Source of the DNA: Gemmatimonadota bacterium
GTDB taxonomy: Bacteria > Gemmatimonadota > Gemmatimonadetes > Gemmatimonadales > GWC2-71-9
DNA: 64,000 bases
Reading direction: 5' to 3'
NCBI GenBank assembly: GCA_039588255.1
Contig: JBDHAF010000014.1
Coordinates: 469-64,468, forward strand
Shown here: positions 1 to 9,065 of the stretch, in pieces
Layout of the letters: every line of letters begins with the position of its first letter
How positions within the stretch are numbered: position 1 is the stretch's first letter
Notes under the pieces: model-generated
Seen by the model: the letters and a program-made list of their open reading frames with translations, nothing else
What the model was told of the DNA's origin: nothing
Databases searched by the model: none
Position numbers and translations under genes: made by a program

Positions 1-96
1 CACCTCACGAACAACCGTCGCATGCCCGGCGAGGGCGGACACTTGTGCGATCCCTCTGCCCATCAAGCCACAACCCAAGACGCCGACTTGGTTCAT
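1..96 (-). CDS. 3-hydroxyacyl-CoA dehydrogenase, N-terminal fragment (gene runs off the left edge)
   Basis: The reverse complement of 1-96 reads MNQVGVLGCGLMGRGIAQVSALAGHATVVREV. This is the GxGxMGxGIAQ NAD-binding fingerprint of HBD/FadB-type dehydrogenases. Its ATG (96-94) overlaps the TGA (95-93) of the upstream gene. It is too short to appear in the ORF track. Confidence 0.6.
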   Translation of the reverse strand, partial: MNQVGVLGCGLMGRGIAQVSALAGHATVVREV

Positions 97-938
97 TTTT
101 TGAAGCTCCTGCCGATTTCCTTGATCTCGGCGGTGAGTTTTTTCACCAGCTCTTCGGGCTGCTTCTTGGGCAGGCCCTTCGGCACCGTGATCTCGCTCCG
201 CTCGAGGCGATCCAGCACCTGTTCCATGGCCACGTGCACTCGCTCGATCTGTGTGCGGTTGGTTCTTGCGATGGCGACGCCACCGGCAACGCCAACGACC
301 GCGGGAATGACGGCCACCGCTGTTGCGACACCGAGAACGATGCCGATCGTCGTGAGCGTCCCGCCGGAGGCGAGAAACGCGGCCCCACCTACCACCCGCT
401 CCTTACGGGTGTTGGAGAGGTCCGCGATGAGGGTCACGTGACACCATCCATCCTCCAGGCTCTGAACCTGCCCCAAGATCTCCTTCGCGCGCGCGAGAGG
501 ATACTTGCGGCCCCCCATGTCCAACACACTTTTCATCCCGGCCAAGAAGTCCTTGCGGGCCTCCCATGAGGTGCCTTGTGGGTAACGCCGCTTGACTGTC
601 AGGAGCTCCTCTTCGGTCATCCAGTGCGAGAGCGCCTTCTCCACGTCCGGTTCCGAGCCGGGGACCGTGCGTTCCGCAGACACGCGTTTTGGACCCGCCA
701 GACCGACCAGCAATCCCTGGTCGCGTGTGGCCACCTCCTTGGCGCGCTCCTCGAGGAGGGCCTGCTGCAGATAGCGGGTCGGAATGCCGACCTCTTTCCC
801 CAGCTCCAACACCTCCTGCTCGGTGAGCTGGTCGCCGATGTCACGCGCCTTGGTCTGTAACTCCGCTGCGCGGTGGATGACCCGCTCCAGCGCCTCCCGG
901 CTGATCCGCTCCTCGGATGGTACGAGATCGTTTGCCAT
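93..938 (-). CDS. hypothetical membrane protein (helical N-terminal region, Gly/Ala/Val-rich transmembrane hairpin near the C-terminus)
   Basis: 281-aa ORF with an ATG start, in the coding strand and frame context of the thiolase operon. It lies 9 nt after the thiolase stop and overlaps the next gene by ATGA. The hydrophobic stretch is GGAAFLASGGTLTTIGIVLGVATAVAVIPAVVGVAGGVAIA. I recognise no family. Confidence 0.6.
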   Translation of the reverse strand: MANDLVPSEERISREALERVIHRAAELQTKARDIGDQLTEQEVLELGKEVGIPTRYLQQALLEERAKEVATRDQGLLVGLAGPKRVSAERTVPGSEPDVEKALSHWMTEEELLTVKRRYPQGTSWEARKDFLAGMKSVLDMGGRKYPLARAKEILGQVQSLEDGWCHVTLIADLSNTRKERVVGGAAFLASGGTLTTIGIVLGVATAVAVIPAVVGVAGGVAIARTNRTQIERVHVAMEQVLDRLERSEITVPKGLPKKQPEELVKKLTAEIKEIGRSFKK

Positions 939-947
939 GGCAATCTG

Positions 948-2153
948 CTAGAACGCCTCCACGATTACCGCCGCTCCCTGCCCCCCGCCGATGCACGCGG
1001 TGCCGAGGCCGAACCGCTTACCGGCAAGTCGTAGCGCGTGCAGCAAGTGGATGGTGATGCGCGCTCCCGAGGAGGCCAAGGGGTGTCCGATGGCGATGGC
1101 TCCACCGTGGACGTTGGTCTTTGCGGGGTCGAGGCCGAGCTCCCGCTCCACGGCGAGGTACTGCGCGGCGAACGCCTCGTTCACTTCCACCAGATCCATG
1201 TCGTCGAGCGTCATGCCCGCTTTCTCGAGCGCCTGGCGAGATGCGGGCGCCGGTCCGATGCCCATGTACTTCGGTTCCACGCCGGCGACGGCCCAGGCGA
1301 CGAGGCGCCCGATGGGGTCGAGTCCGTTCTCTGCTGCGAAGTCCTCGCCGGCGATGACCGCCGCCGCCGCCCCGTCGCAGATCCCCGATGCATTTCCGGC
1401 GGTGACGACACCGTCCTTCTTGAAATACGGCGGCAACTTGGCCAAGACTTCCTGCGTGGTGTCCGGGCGCATGTGCTCGTCCCCGCGCCAGTCTTCCATG
1501 GCTTTCGTCTTGCGGTTCTTGATGGGTACCGGAACGACTTCGTGATCAAAGACTCCGTCCTCCCAACCCTTGGCGGCACGCTGCTGGCTGCGGACCGCCA
1601 CCTCGTCCACCGCTTGCCGGTCCAACTCGTATTTGTCGGCCAGATTCTCGGCGGTCTCCGCCATGGAGAACCCGCACTGGGGATCCGTGAGCGATTCCCA
1701 CAGTGAGTCTTCGAACTGGGCCTGGGGACCCAGGCGCAGGCCCCACCTTGCCCCGCGCACCACGTGGGGAGCTTGGCTCATCGACTCCGTCCCGCCGGCG
1801 AGGACCACACGCGACTCATCCAGCAGGATTTGTTGCGCGCCCTGGATGATGGCTTCGAAGCCCGATCCGCAGAGGCGGTTGACGGTAAACGCAGGGACTT
1901 CGATGGGAAGTCCGGACTGGAGGCCGACATGCCGGGATAGGTAGATGGCGTCCGCCGACGTCTGCTGGGCGTTGCCGAAGACCACGTGGTCGTAGTCCTC
2001 CGGTTTGGCGCCGGCGCGGTCGAAGGCGTGCTTGGCCGCGATGACGCCGAGTTGTGTGGCTGAATGACTCTTTAACATCCCTCCGAAGTCGCCGTACCCG
2101 GTCCTGACGCCGGACAGGAAGATTACGTTCTTGTCTTTGCCTTGGGTTTTCAT
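948..2153 (-). CDS. acetyl-CoA C-acetyltransferase (thiolase II)
   Basis: 401 aa. Carries the thiolase hallmarks VNRLCGSG (active-site Cys), a C-terminal GHPLASSGARI motif and CIGGGQGAA. Confidence 0.93.
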   Translation of the reverse strand: MKTQGKDKNVIFLSGVRTGYGDFGGMLKSHSATQLGVIAAKHAFDRAGAKPEDYDHVVFGNAQQTSADAIYLSRHVGLQSGLPIEVPAFTVNRLCGSGFEAIIQGAQQILLDESRVVLAGGTESMSQAPHVVRGARWGLRLGPQAQFEDSLWESLTDPQCGFSMAETAENLADKYELDRQAVDEVAVRSQQRAAKGWEDGVFDHEVVPVPIKNRKTKAMEDWRGDEHMRPDTTQEVLAKLPPYFKKDGVVTAGNASGICDGAAAAVIAGEDFAAENGLDPIGRLVAWAVAGVEPKYMGIGPAPASRQALEKAGMTLDDMDLVEVNEAFAAQYLAVERELGLDPAKTNVHGGAIAIGHPLASSGARITIHLLHALRLAGKRFGLGTACIGGGQGAAVIVEAF

Positions 2154-2222
2154 CGGAATCTCCGGTCTGGACTGTGAAACCTAATAGTCCGGACACCGGG
2201 TCCGCGATCCGAGCAGACGACG

Positions 2223-2966
2223 CTACGTACCGGTCGGGTCGCCGCAGTCGAGGCAGTAGCGCCAACCGGCTTCCAAGTCGGCGCCGCAGGAGGGACACGA
2301 AACGATGCGGAGGTCCCGGCCGCAGAACGGGCAGAACTTGACGACGCGTCCGACAGGGAGGCGTTGCTCGCAGTACACGCACGACGTGCCTGTGAAGGGC
2401 GTGCCGTCCTCTCGTAAAGGCGCCTCGCTAGGCTCGTCGTCGAGCGCCGGCATCTTGGCGGTGGTGAGATCGAGCACGTCGGGCTCGGGAGCGTACCGTA
2501 CGTGCTTGTCGTAGGCGAACTCCGCCGGCTGCTCGTGCTCTTCTTCTTCCTCTGGATCCGGCGGTGGAGCGTACGCCTCCTGAGCTTCGGTGACGGTTCG
2601 TACGGCCCCTGCGTTGAGGTACACCCTGGCGGCCGCGTACTCCCTGAAGGCACCGGGATTTGGGCTGATGGCTTGGGCCTCCTCGGAGAGCGCGTCCTGC
2701 ACCTCCGGAGGATCGAGCGTGGCAAACCCGCCGTCTCCCGCGAGAAATCGCAGGACCGCCATCTCGTAATCCTCGTTGGTATCGAACCCCAATGCGGATC
2801 GGTGGTGCCGGTATGGGAGAATGCTCTGGTAGATCTCCGAGATCTGGATGGGCCGTCGAAGGCGGTCCGGATCCGACTCGGAGAGAACATCGATCAAGTG
2901 CCTGAAGAATCGCTCGACTTCGTCTATCGCCGCCACGTTACCTCCACTCGTCTTTCCAACGGTCAT
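2223..2966 (-). CDS. double zinc-ribbon domain protein, function unknown
   Basis: 247 aa. The C-terminus is CVYCEQRLPVGRVVKFCPFCGRDLRIVSCPSCGADLEAGWRYCLDCG (four CxxC pairs), preceded by an acidic linker. An alternative GTG start at 2936 sits 1 nt after the upstream TAA and is preceded by GGAGG. Confidence 0.6.
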   Translation of the reverse strand: MTVGKTSGGNVAAIDEVERFFRHLIDVLSESDPDRLRRPIQISEIYQSILPYRHHRSALGFDTNEDYEMAVLRFLAGDGGFATLDPPEVQDALSEEAQAISPNPGAFREYAAARVYLNAGAVRTVTEAQEAYAPPPDPEEEEEHEQPAEFAYDKHVRYAPEPDVLDLTTAKMPALDDEPSEAPLREDGTPFTGTSCVYCEQRLPVGRVVKFCPFCGRDLRIVSCPSCGADLEAGWRYCLDCGDPTGT

Positions 2967-3438
2967 AGAGAACGGGAGTCACGCCGGCGCTGGCCAGCAG
3001 TTCGACGCCGCTCGGATCGCGATAGGCTGTGCGATAGAAGACGTGTGTCACACCCGAGTTGATCAAGAGCTTGGAGCACATCACGCACGGACTGTTCGTG
3101 ACGAACACGACCTTGTCCTTGATCGCTCCGGGCGCCTTCACGAGCGCGTTGACCTCGGAGTGAATGCATCCACAGTTGCCGGGAACGCTGGAGTCGCACT
3201 GGTTGGGCAGGCCTCTTGCGTTTCCGTTGTAACCGATCGCAAGCACGTTCTCGAGTTTTGCATCGGTGACGACGGTGCCAACCTGCAGCCGCGCACATGT
3301 AGAGCGCTTTGCCAGGCTCTCCGCCATCCGCATGTACACTTCGTAGAGTGGAATGCGCGACGTGTCCGGCTCATCGCCGTCGTCGGCGAGGTTCAACGCA
3401 TGCGTGTTCTCCGGCACTTGGTCCTTGGGGATGGTCAT
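2938..3438 (-). CDS. dCMP (deoxycytidylate) deaminase, ComEB-type
   Basis: Carries the zinc-deaminase motifs HSEVNA and PCVMCSKLL. I chose the ATG at 3438 (MTIPKD...) because it overlaps the rnhA stop (ATGA). The track ORF extends to 3531. Confidence 0.85.
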   Translation of the reverse strand: MTIPKDQVPENTHALNLADDGDEPDTSRIPLYEVYMRMAESLAKRSTCARLQVGTVVTDAKLENVLAIGYNGNARGLPNQCDSSVPGNCGCIHSEVNALVKAPGAIKDKVVFVTNSPCVMCSKLLINSGVTHVFYRTAYRDPSGVELLASAGVTPVLYDRWKDEWR

Positions 3439-4070
3439 TCGGTCGTCACAAAGCCTCTGGCGAGTTGGATGTAGTCGTCGTCTGGGTTGTATCCCGGGAA
3501 CTTGCCTGTGGATTGCTGGTGCGCAAGCCACTGCTCGAACGCCGAAGCCCCGAGTCCGCCGCTGTGTGACTGATTCTCGGCGGCGCTCACGGCAAGGTGG
3601 TCCGCGTATTCATTCTTGACGTGTCCGGCGTGGCCCCGTACCCAGCGCCAAGTCACGTTACACCGGCTTGATAGCGGCAGCAACTCCTGCCACATCTCGA
3701 GGTTTTCTACAACCCCCCCCTTGCGGCGCCACCCCTGTCGCTCCCAATTGGGTGCCCACTCGCTGGCCCCTTTGACCAGATACAGTGAGTCGGAGAGATA
3801 CACGATCGCCGCGCGGTCTCCCGAGGCCCCGACCAGCTTCAGCACTTCGATGGCACCGGTGAGCGCCATCCGGTTATTGGTGGTGCTGGAGGCCGAGAGG
3901 AAGAAATCCCGGCGGCCGACCATTCCGTCGGTGGCGTTTTCGACGAGAGCGCCGGCGCCTCCAGGGCTGGGGCCTTCGTTTTGGTTGCCGAGACAACTCT
4001 CGTCGGCATGAATGACTACAAGCTTGTCGGTCATCGCTGCGCGGGGTTCCATCCCAGACACCTTCCGCAT
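3435..4070 (-). CDS. rnhA: ribonuclease HI with a C-terminal extension of about 55 aa
   Basis: Contains VVIHADESCLGNQ, TNNRMALTGAIEVL, WRWVRGHAGHVKNEYADHLA, which are the RNase H catalytic D/E/D/H-D motifs. The real start may be the internal MTDKLVV. Confidence 0.85.
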   Translation of the reverse strand: MRKVSGMEPRAAMTDKLVVIHADESCLGNQNEGPSPGGAGALVENATDGMVGRRDFFLSASSTTNNRMALTGAIEVLKLVGASGDRAAIVYLSDSLYLVKGASEWAPNWERQGWRRKGGVVENLEMWQELLPLSSRCNVTWRWVRGHAGHVKNEYADHLAVSAAENQSHSGGLGASAFEQWLAHQQSTGKFPGYNPDDDYIQLARGFVTTE

Positions 4071-4099
4071 TTTGCATCTCGCGCGATGAAATCCAATGG

Positions 4100-5458
4100 T
4101 CAGCGCGCGAAATCTTCGGGGTAGTACCGCTCACCTTTGAATACGATGAACTCGATCGCCTTCGTGTTGGCGATGTCGGCCAGGGGGTCGGCGGTCAGCA
4201 CGATGAAATCCGCCACAGTCCCTGGCTCGATGGTGCCGAGAGAGTCACTGGCCAGCAACCGTGCAGCGTCCCGCGTGGCGGCCAACAACGCATCCTTTGT
4301 CGACAACCCCGCCCTGACGAGTTGCTGGAGCTCGGCAAGCAAACCGGTGCCCGGCGCCATCAACGTTTGGGGAGCATTGCTGCCGGCGGCAAGGACCCCT
4401 CCTGCCGCACGGAAGCGGCGCACGAACAGATTTTGTCGGGGCCGCGCACGGCGAAAGGCAGTGAGGTCGCGACTGGTCAAGCGAGCGTCACGGATCAACT
4501 GCGTAATGTTCCACCCTTGGCGAATCTCCTCCGGTACCGTGGAGAGGTCGAGGGAAGCGATGTATTGCCGATCCCGGAGACGGGAGAACGCTTCGTGGTA
4601 ATGAAGAGTGGGGATCATGACCACGCCCGCATCTGCCAGGCTCCGCGCGGTGCGATCGATGCGAGCCGAGTCGAGGCTGTTCCATCCCTGGAGCATCATT
4701 TTCCACCCGGCGTAGAAGTTGCTGTGCGCGCGGAAATACGTGCTGGGATCGCTGACGGAAGCTTCGACAACACCGCTCAGATGATCGATGGCCTGGACGC
4801 CGAGGCCCGCGGCAGCGATCGCATCGATCTTCCCAAGATGTCCCATCACGGGCACCAGCAGCGAATTTGCCTCGTCCATCAGCGGTCCCAGTAACGCCCG
4901 CGTGATCTTGGGGGAGATCATGGCTTGCGTGGCTTCGATCAGTACGAGTTGATCGATTGCTCGGCGGGCCTCGGTGGCGTTGGAGACGCCTGTCTCGGGT
5001 GGTCGTGCCGGAGCGGCGTCGATGGCTGCTCCGGAGATGAACAACCTTGGTGCCAGTTGGGATCCGAGAAGCGCGTCGTCGCGGAGCGCAATGACGCTAT
5101 CCATCTCTCCCCCGGCCCCACGGACTGCCGTGACCCCACTCGCCAAGAGGGCGGGCACCATCCACCGCTCGATGTGGGCGTGGGCGTCGATGAGTCCGGG
5201 AATGATCCAGCGGCCGTCGACTCGGTGTACGTCTGCGTTGCGCGGGATGGCAACCGCGTCGGGGGGACCCGCCGCCTCGATGTGTCCGTCGGAGACGATG
5301 ACGACGGCGTCGAGGATCGGTGGCGCCCCAGTGCCGTTCCACAACGTCCCACCTGCGTAAACCACTTTCCCCGCCCCGGGATTGCATGCGGTCGTTGTGA
5401 CAAGCAGCACATACCCGAACGCCCGCATGCGCTTATGAATTAATGGACACGGAGTCAT
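4100..5458 (-). CDS. amidohydrolase-family metallohydrolase, probably exported
   Basis: 452 aa with a hydrophobic N-terminus. Has the metal-binding motif PGLIDAHAHI and the overall amidohydrolase_1 layout. Confidence 0.8.
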   Translation of the reverse strand: MTPCPLIHKRMRAFGYVLLVTTTACNPGAGKVVYAGGTLWNGTGAPPILDAVVIVSDGHIEAAGPPDAVAIPRNADVHRVDGRWIIPGLIDAHAHIERWMVPALLASGVTAVRGAGGEMDSVIALRDDALLGSQLAPRLFISGAAIDAAPARPPETGVSNATEARRAIDQLVLIEATQAMISPKITRALLGPLMDEANSLLVPVMGHLGKIDAIAAAGLGVQAIDHLSGVVEASVSDPSTYFRAHSNFYAGWKMMLQGWNSLDSARIDRTARSLADAGVVMIPTLHYHEAFSRLRDRQYIASLDLSTVPEEIRQGWNITQLIRDARLTSRDLTAFRRARPRQNLFVRRFRAAGGVLAAGSNAPQTLMAPGTGLLAELQQLVRAGLSTKDALLAATRDAARLLASDSLGTIEPGTVADFIVLTADPLADIANTKAIEFIVFKGERYYPEDFAR

Positions 5459-5754
5459 TCACGTTGCCTGGGTGTCGGTGGGGGCGATCCGAAAGTGAGT
5501 ATCAGTAGAATACTGAAAAACGCCGCTTCGTTGACCCCCAACCCTTTGCGAACGCGTAGGGGTGATAAGGATGCCTCGGAGAGGCGGAGGCGCAAGGGGA
5601 GCCGACGGGAGGAAGTAGCTCCCCACACGGCGGTGTCGCGAAAGACGCGGTTTTTGGGTTGACAGTGTCTGACCGCGGACTTTACGTTGACGTGTTATCC
5701 CAAAGTGGCAGTTGAATTTACGCATTCCGTAACTCCAAAAGACTCGTTGGAACC

Positions 5755-7965
5755 ATGGTGAATTGCCTCACGGCTGGTGCCGCATCCCTCACGATCCTCC
5801 TGGCCCTGCCCTCTGCAGCGTTCGCGCAGGTGGTTGCCACGCTTCAGGTCGCTCCGCAGACCCTGGAAGTCGGCGTCGGAGAGCGGAAGAGCCTGCTGGT
5901 GACGGCGTATGACGCCAGGCAGAACGTGGTTCCCACGGCCCAGTTCACCTGGAGCTCGGCCCAGCCCAATGTGGCCCAGGTCGTCTCCCAGCCAGCGACG
6001 CCCAACATCGGCTACGTGACCGGAGTGGCCGAGGGCATTGCTCGGATCATCGTTCAGGTCGGCAATATTCAGGAAACCGTCACCGTCACCGTGACGGCGG
6101 GATGCGCCATCGATGGGACCGGCGACCCCGCTCAGCTGCAGGTCATGCCCAACCCGATCATGCTGCTCCTCACCGAGGAGCGGGTGCTGCAGGCCCGTTT
6201 TCTTCGCTCCGACGGAGGTGCGGCACAGTGCCGGCAGGTGTCATGGACCTCCCTCCGTCCCGGTGTGGCCGCGGTGGACGCCCGCGGCGCCGTCATCGGT
6301 ATCACTCAGGGCAACGGCGTCATCCAGGCGAACGCCGGGGGCGGTCTGGTGTCCCGGGTGGTGGTGCAGGTCACGACGGACACGTTCCGATTCCGCCGCG
6401 ACAGGCTGTCGCTCCCGCCGGCCGAGTCTGACACCTTGAGGGTCGTGGTGCCGGCACAGGGCAACCGGCCCATCGCCGGAAGCTCGCTCAATTGGGCCAC
6501 TACGAATCCCAACGTGGCCATCGTCTCGACCAGCGGCGTGGTCACGGGGGTCACGGCGGGCGCCACCGAGGTGATTGCCCAGGGCTTTGGCAAGGACACG
6601 CGGATGCCGGTCGTCGTGCACCGGCCGGTGGCGATGATCGAGGTCGCACCGCCGATCACGGAGCTGGTGTACATCCCACTCAACGGTTCGGTGGTTTTTG
6701 AAGTCGACATGCTCGACGCCAACGAGGTGGTGATCGGAGAGGCCGTTCCGTCGTGGACCATCGAAGATCGATCCATCATCTCCATCGATCAGGCAACCGG
6801 TCGGGTGACGGGCCGCGGGATGGGCACCACCCGTCTCATCGCCAGGGGCCCGGGGGTGGAGGCCGCCTGGAACATCGAGGTCGTGGGCCCCAACATCACC
6901 ATCGACAAGCGGCAGTCCGGGCTCAACAAGGGCGAGCAGGAATCCCTGAGCGCGGCGTTCATCGACGACACCGGGAACTCCTTGGGCAATGCGACGGGTC
7001 TCACGTGGACGACCCTCGACGCCGGCGTCGCCACGGTTGACGGGCAGGGAACGGTCACCGGGGTTGGTTTCGGCGGCACGCAGATCGTGGCCGCGGCCTC
7101 GTGGGGTGAGGCGGACACCGTCGACGTGTACGTGCAGGGAAGCCTGTTGGTGACCGGGTGGACTGCCGAGGGCATCCCGGACCTCTATTCACTCAATCCG
7201 GATTCCATGACCGTGATCGGCCGGATCACGAACGACGTGTCCACGGAGGTTGCGGCGAAGTTCTCGCCCGACGCCACCCGCATCGCCTATCAATCGAGCG
7301 CGGAACGTGAGGTCAAGATCTTCGTGATGAACGCCGACGGATCGAACTCCCGGCGGCTTACGGCCATGGCCGACTCGGTTCCCGAGGACTCACCGGAGTG
7401 GACGCCGGACGGCAGCCAGATCGTCTACAGCGCCGGGCGAGACATCTGGATCAGCAACGCCGACGGGTCGAATCCGCGGCAGTTGACCTCCGGCGAAGCA
7501 CGGGACCATCAACCCGCCGTGTCCCCCGATGGGACGATGATCGCCTATCAGTCCACCATCCGGGGCCGCGTGGACATCTATCTCATGTCGATCGACGGCC
7601 AACAGCAACGCCCGGCGCGTGAGACGGAGCAGCTGGAGATGGAGCCGGGGTGGTTCCCGGACGGGCAGCTGGCGTACATCACCCAGCACGGAAGTCGCCG
7701 CAATCCGGTACAAGTCGTTGCGCGCTTGAATCTCAGCGCGGGCACGCCGCCGCTGATGGTTAGTCCGGAGGACATGTCCGTGCAGGCGTATTCCATCTCT
7801 CCCGACGGATACACGCTGGTGTTCACGGTCCAGGTAGAGGAGAACCGGCGGCCCTTGCGGAAGCTGTACATCATGCCCCTCAGGGGCCCCACGGCCGGAA
7901 CGCCCGTCGAAGTCCAGCGGGTGGCTCCGGTGGAGCAGTATTTCTTCCCCGCATTCAGGCGGTAA
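5755..7965 (+). CDS. secreted protein with Ig-like (Big_2-type) repeats followed by a TolB-like PD40 beta-propeller
   Basis: Signal peptide ...LALPSAAFAQ. Repeated modules of about 90 aa (VTGVAEGIARI, ITQGNGVIQA, VTGVTAGATEV, VTGRGMGTTRL, VTGVGFGGTQI). The C-terminus has PD40 repeats (FSPDATRIAYQS, WTPDGSQIVYS, VSPDGTMIAYQS, ISPDGYTLVF). Confidence 0.75.
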   Translation: MVNCLTAGAASLTILLALPSAAFAQVVATLQVAPQTLEVGVGERKSLLVTAYDARQNVVPTAQFTWSSAQPNVAQVVSQPATPNIGYVTGVAEGIARIIVQVGNIQETVTVTVTAGCAIDGTGDPAQLQVMPNPIMLLLTEERVLQARFLRSDGGAAQCRQVSWTSLRPGVAAVDARGAVIGITQGNGVIQANAGGGLVSRVVVQVTTDTFRFRRDRLSLPPAESDTLRVVVPAQGNRPIAGSSLNWATTNPNVAIVSTSGVVTGVTAGATEVIAQGFGKDTRMPVVVHRPVAMIEVAPPITELVYIPLNGSVVFEVDMLDANEVVIGEAVPSWTIEDRSIISIDQATGRVTGRGMGTTRLIARGPGVEAAWNIEVVGPNITIDKRQSGLNKGEQESLSAAFIDDTGNSLGNATGLTWTTLDAGVATVDGQGTVTGVGFGGTQIVAAASWGEADTVDVYVQGSLLVTGWTAEGIPDLYSLNPDSMTVIGRITNDVSTEVAAKFSPDATRIAYQSSAEREVKIFVMNADGSNSRRLTAMADSVPEDSPEWTPDGSQIVYSAGRDIWISNADGSNPRQLTSGEARDHQPAVSPDGTMIAYQSTIRGRVDIYLMSIDGQQQRPARETEQLEMEPGWFPDGQLAYITQHGSRRNPVQVVARLNLSAGTPPLMVSPEDMSVQAYSISPDGYTLVFTVQVEENRRPLRKLYIMPLRGPTAGTPVEVQRVAPVEQYFFPAFRR

Positions 7966-7978
7966 TCGCCAGCAGTTC

Positions 7979-9037
7979 ATGAGAGCGTTGGTGCTGCGCG
8001 GGCACGGCGATGTGTCGATGCTCGAGGTCACCGACGTGCCGGCACCCGAGTTGTCGGGCCCCGGCGACGTGCGCATCGCCCTGCGGGCGGGGGCGCTGAA
8101 CCACTTGGACCTGTTCACCATGAAGGGGCTCGCTGGACTCCGTCTCCACTTCCCCCACGTGCTTGGCGGTGACGGCGCAGGTGTGGTGGAGTCGGTGGGC
8201 GCAGGCGTGACCGCCGTCCAACCGGGCGACCGTGTGCTGTTCAATCCCGGTGTGTCGTGCTACGCGTGCGAACAGTGTTTGGCGGGCGAGCACTCCCAGT
8301 GCATTCGCTATCAGCTGATCGGCGAGCACCTGCCGGGGACCTTGGCGGAGTACATCGTCGTCCCGCAACAAAATGTGGCGCGTATTCCGACGCCGCCGGA
8401 TCCCCATCCCCCGGTCTCCTGGGCCGAAGCCGCAGCCTACTCACTGGCAACGCTCACCGCGTGGCGCATGTTGCACACCCGCGCCAAGGTCCAGCCGGGA
8501 GAGACCGTGCTCATCTGGGGTGTCGGAGGTGGTGTCGGCAGCATCGCGGTGTCCATCGCGAAGCTGTTGGGCGCGTCAGTCATCGTCACCTCATCCAGCG
8601 ACGAGAAACTGAAGGTCGCTCGGGAGATGGGCGCCGACGTCACCTTGAACCACGACGCGGTGGACGTGGCCCAAGAAGTGCGGCAGGTGACGGATAAGAG
8701 AGGCGCCGACGTGATCGTGGACAATGTGGGCGAGGCAACTTGGGAGCGCTCGCTCCTGGCCCTCGGCAAGGGCGGCCGCCTCGTCACGTGCGGTGCCACC
8801 ACAGGCGCTAAGGTGGTGTCCGACGTACGTAGGGTGTTTTGGAATCAATACACCATCATGGGCTCCACCATGGGCAGCGCAGCCGACTATGCGGATATCA
8901 TCCGCTTGCTGGGCGAGGGAACGCTCCGAGCCCGGGTGGACTCGACCTTCCCGTTGGAGCGCGGAGTCGAGGCCCTCGAGCGCCTCCGCGACGGGAAGCA
9001 GATGGGGAAGATCGTGGTTGAGGTGAGCAAGGAATAA
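7979..9037 (+). CDS. zinc-type alcohol dehydrogenase / quinone oxidoreductase (MDR superfamily)
   Basis: 352 aa. Contains GGDGAGVVESVG, a CYACEQC Cys cluster and the GVGGGVGS Rossmann motif. Confidence 0.85.
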   Translation: MRALVLRGHGDVSMLEVTDVPAPELSGPGDVRIALRAGALNHLDLFTMKGLAGLRLHFPHVLGGDGAGVVESVGAGVTAVQPGDRVLFNPGVSCYACEQCLAGEHSQCIRYQLIGEHLPGTLAEYIVVPQQNVARIPTPPDPHPPVSWAEAAAYSLATLTAWRMLHTRAKVQPGETVLIWGVGGGVGSIAVSIAKLLGASVIVTSSSDEKLKVAREMGADVTLNHDAVDVAQEVRQVTDKRGADVIVDNVGEATWERSLLALGKGGRLVTCGATTGAKVVSDVRRVFWNQYTIMGSTMGSAADYADIIRLLGEGTLRARVDSTFPLERGVEALERLRDGKQMGKIVVEVSKE

Positions 9038-9065
9038 GACGGGGAACAGGCCCACCGCACCTTGC

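Noticed and set aside
5459-5754. 296-bp spacer between the amidohydrolase gene and the Big_2/TolB gene, with AGTAT-N7-ATACT (5498-5514) and a TTGACA box (~5660).
   Set aside because: Short, imperfect motifs of this kind occur by chance. There are no repeats and no second supporting signal, so it is too weak to call an operator or promoter.
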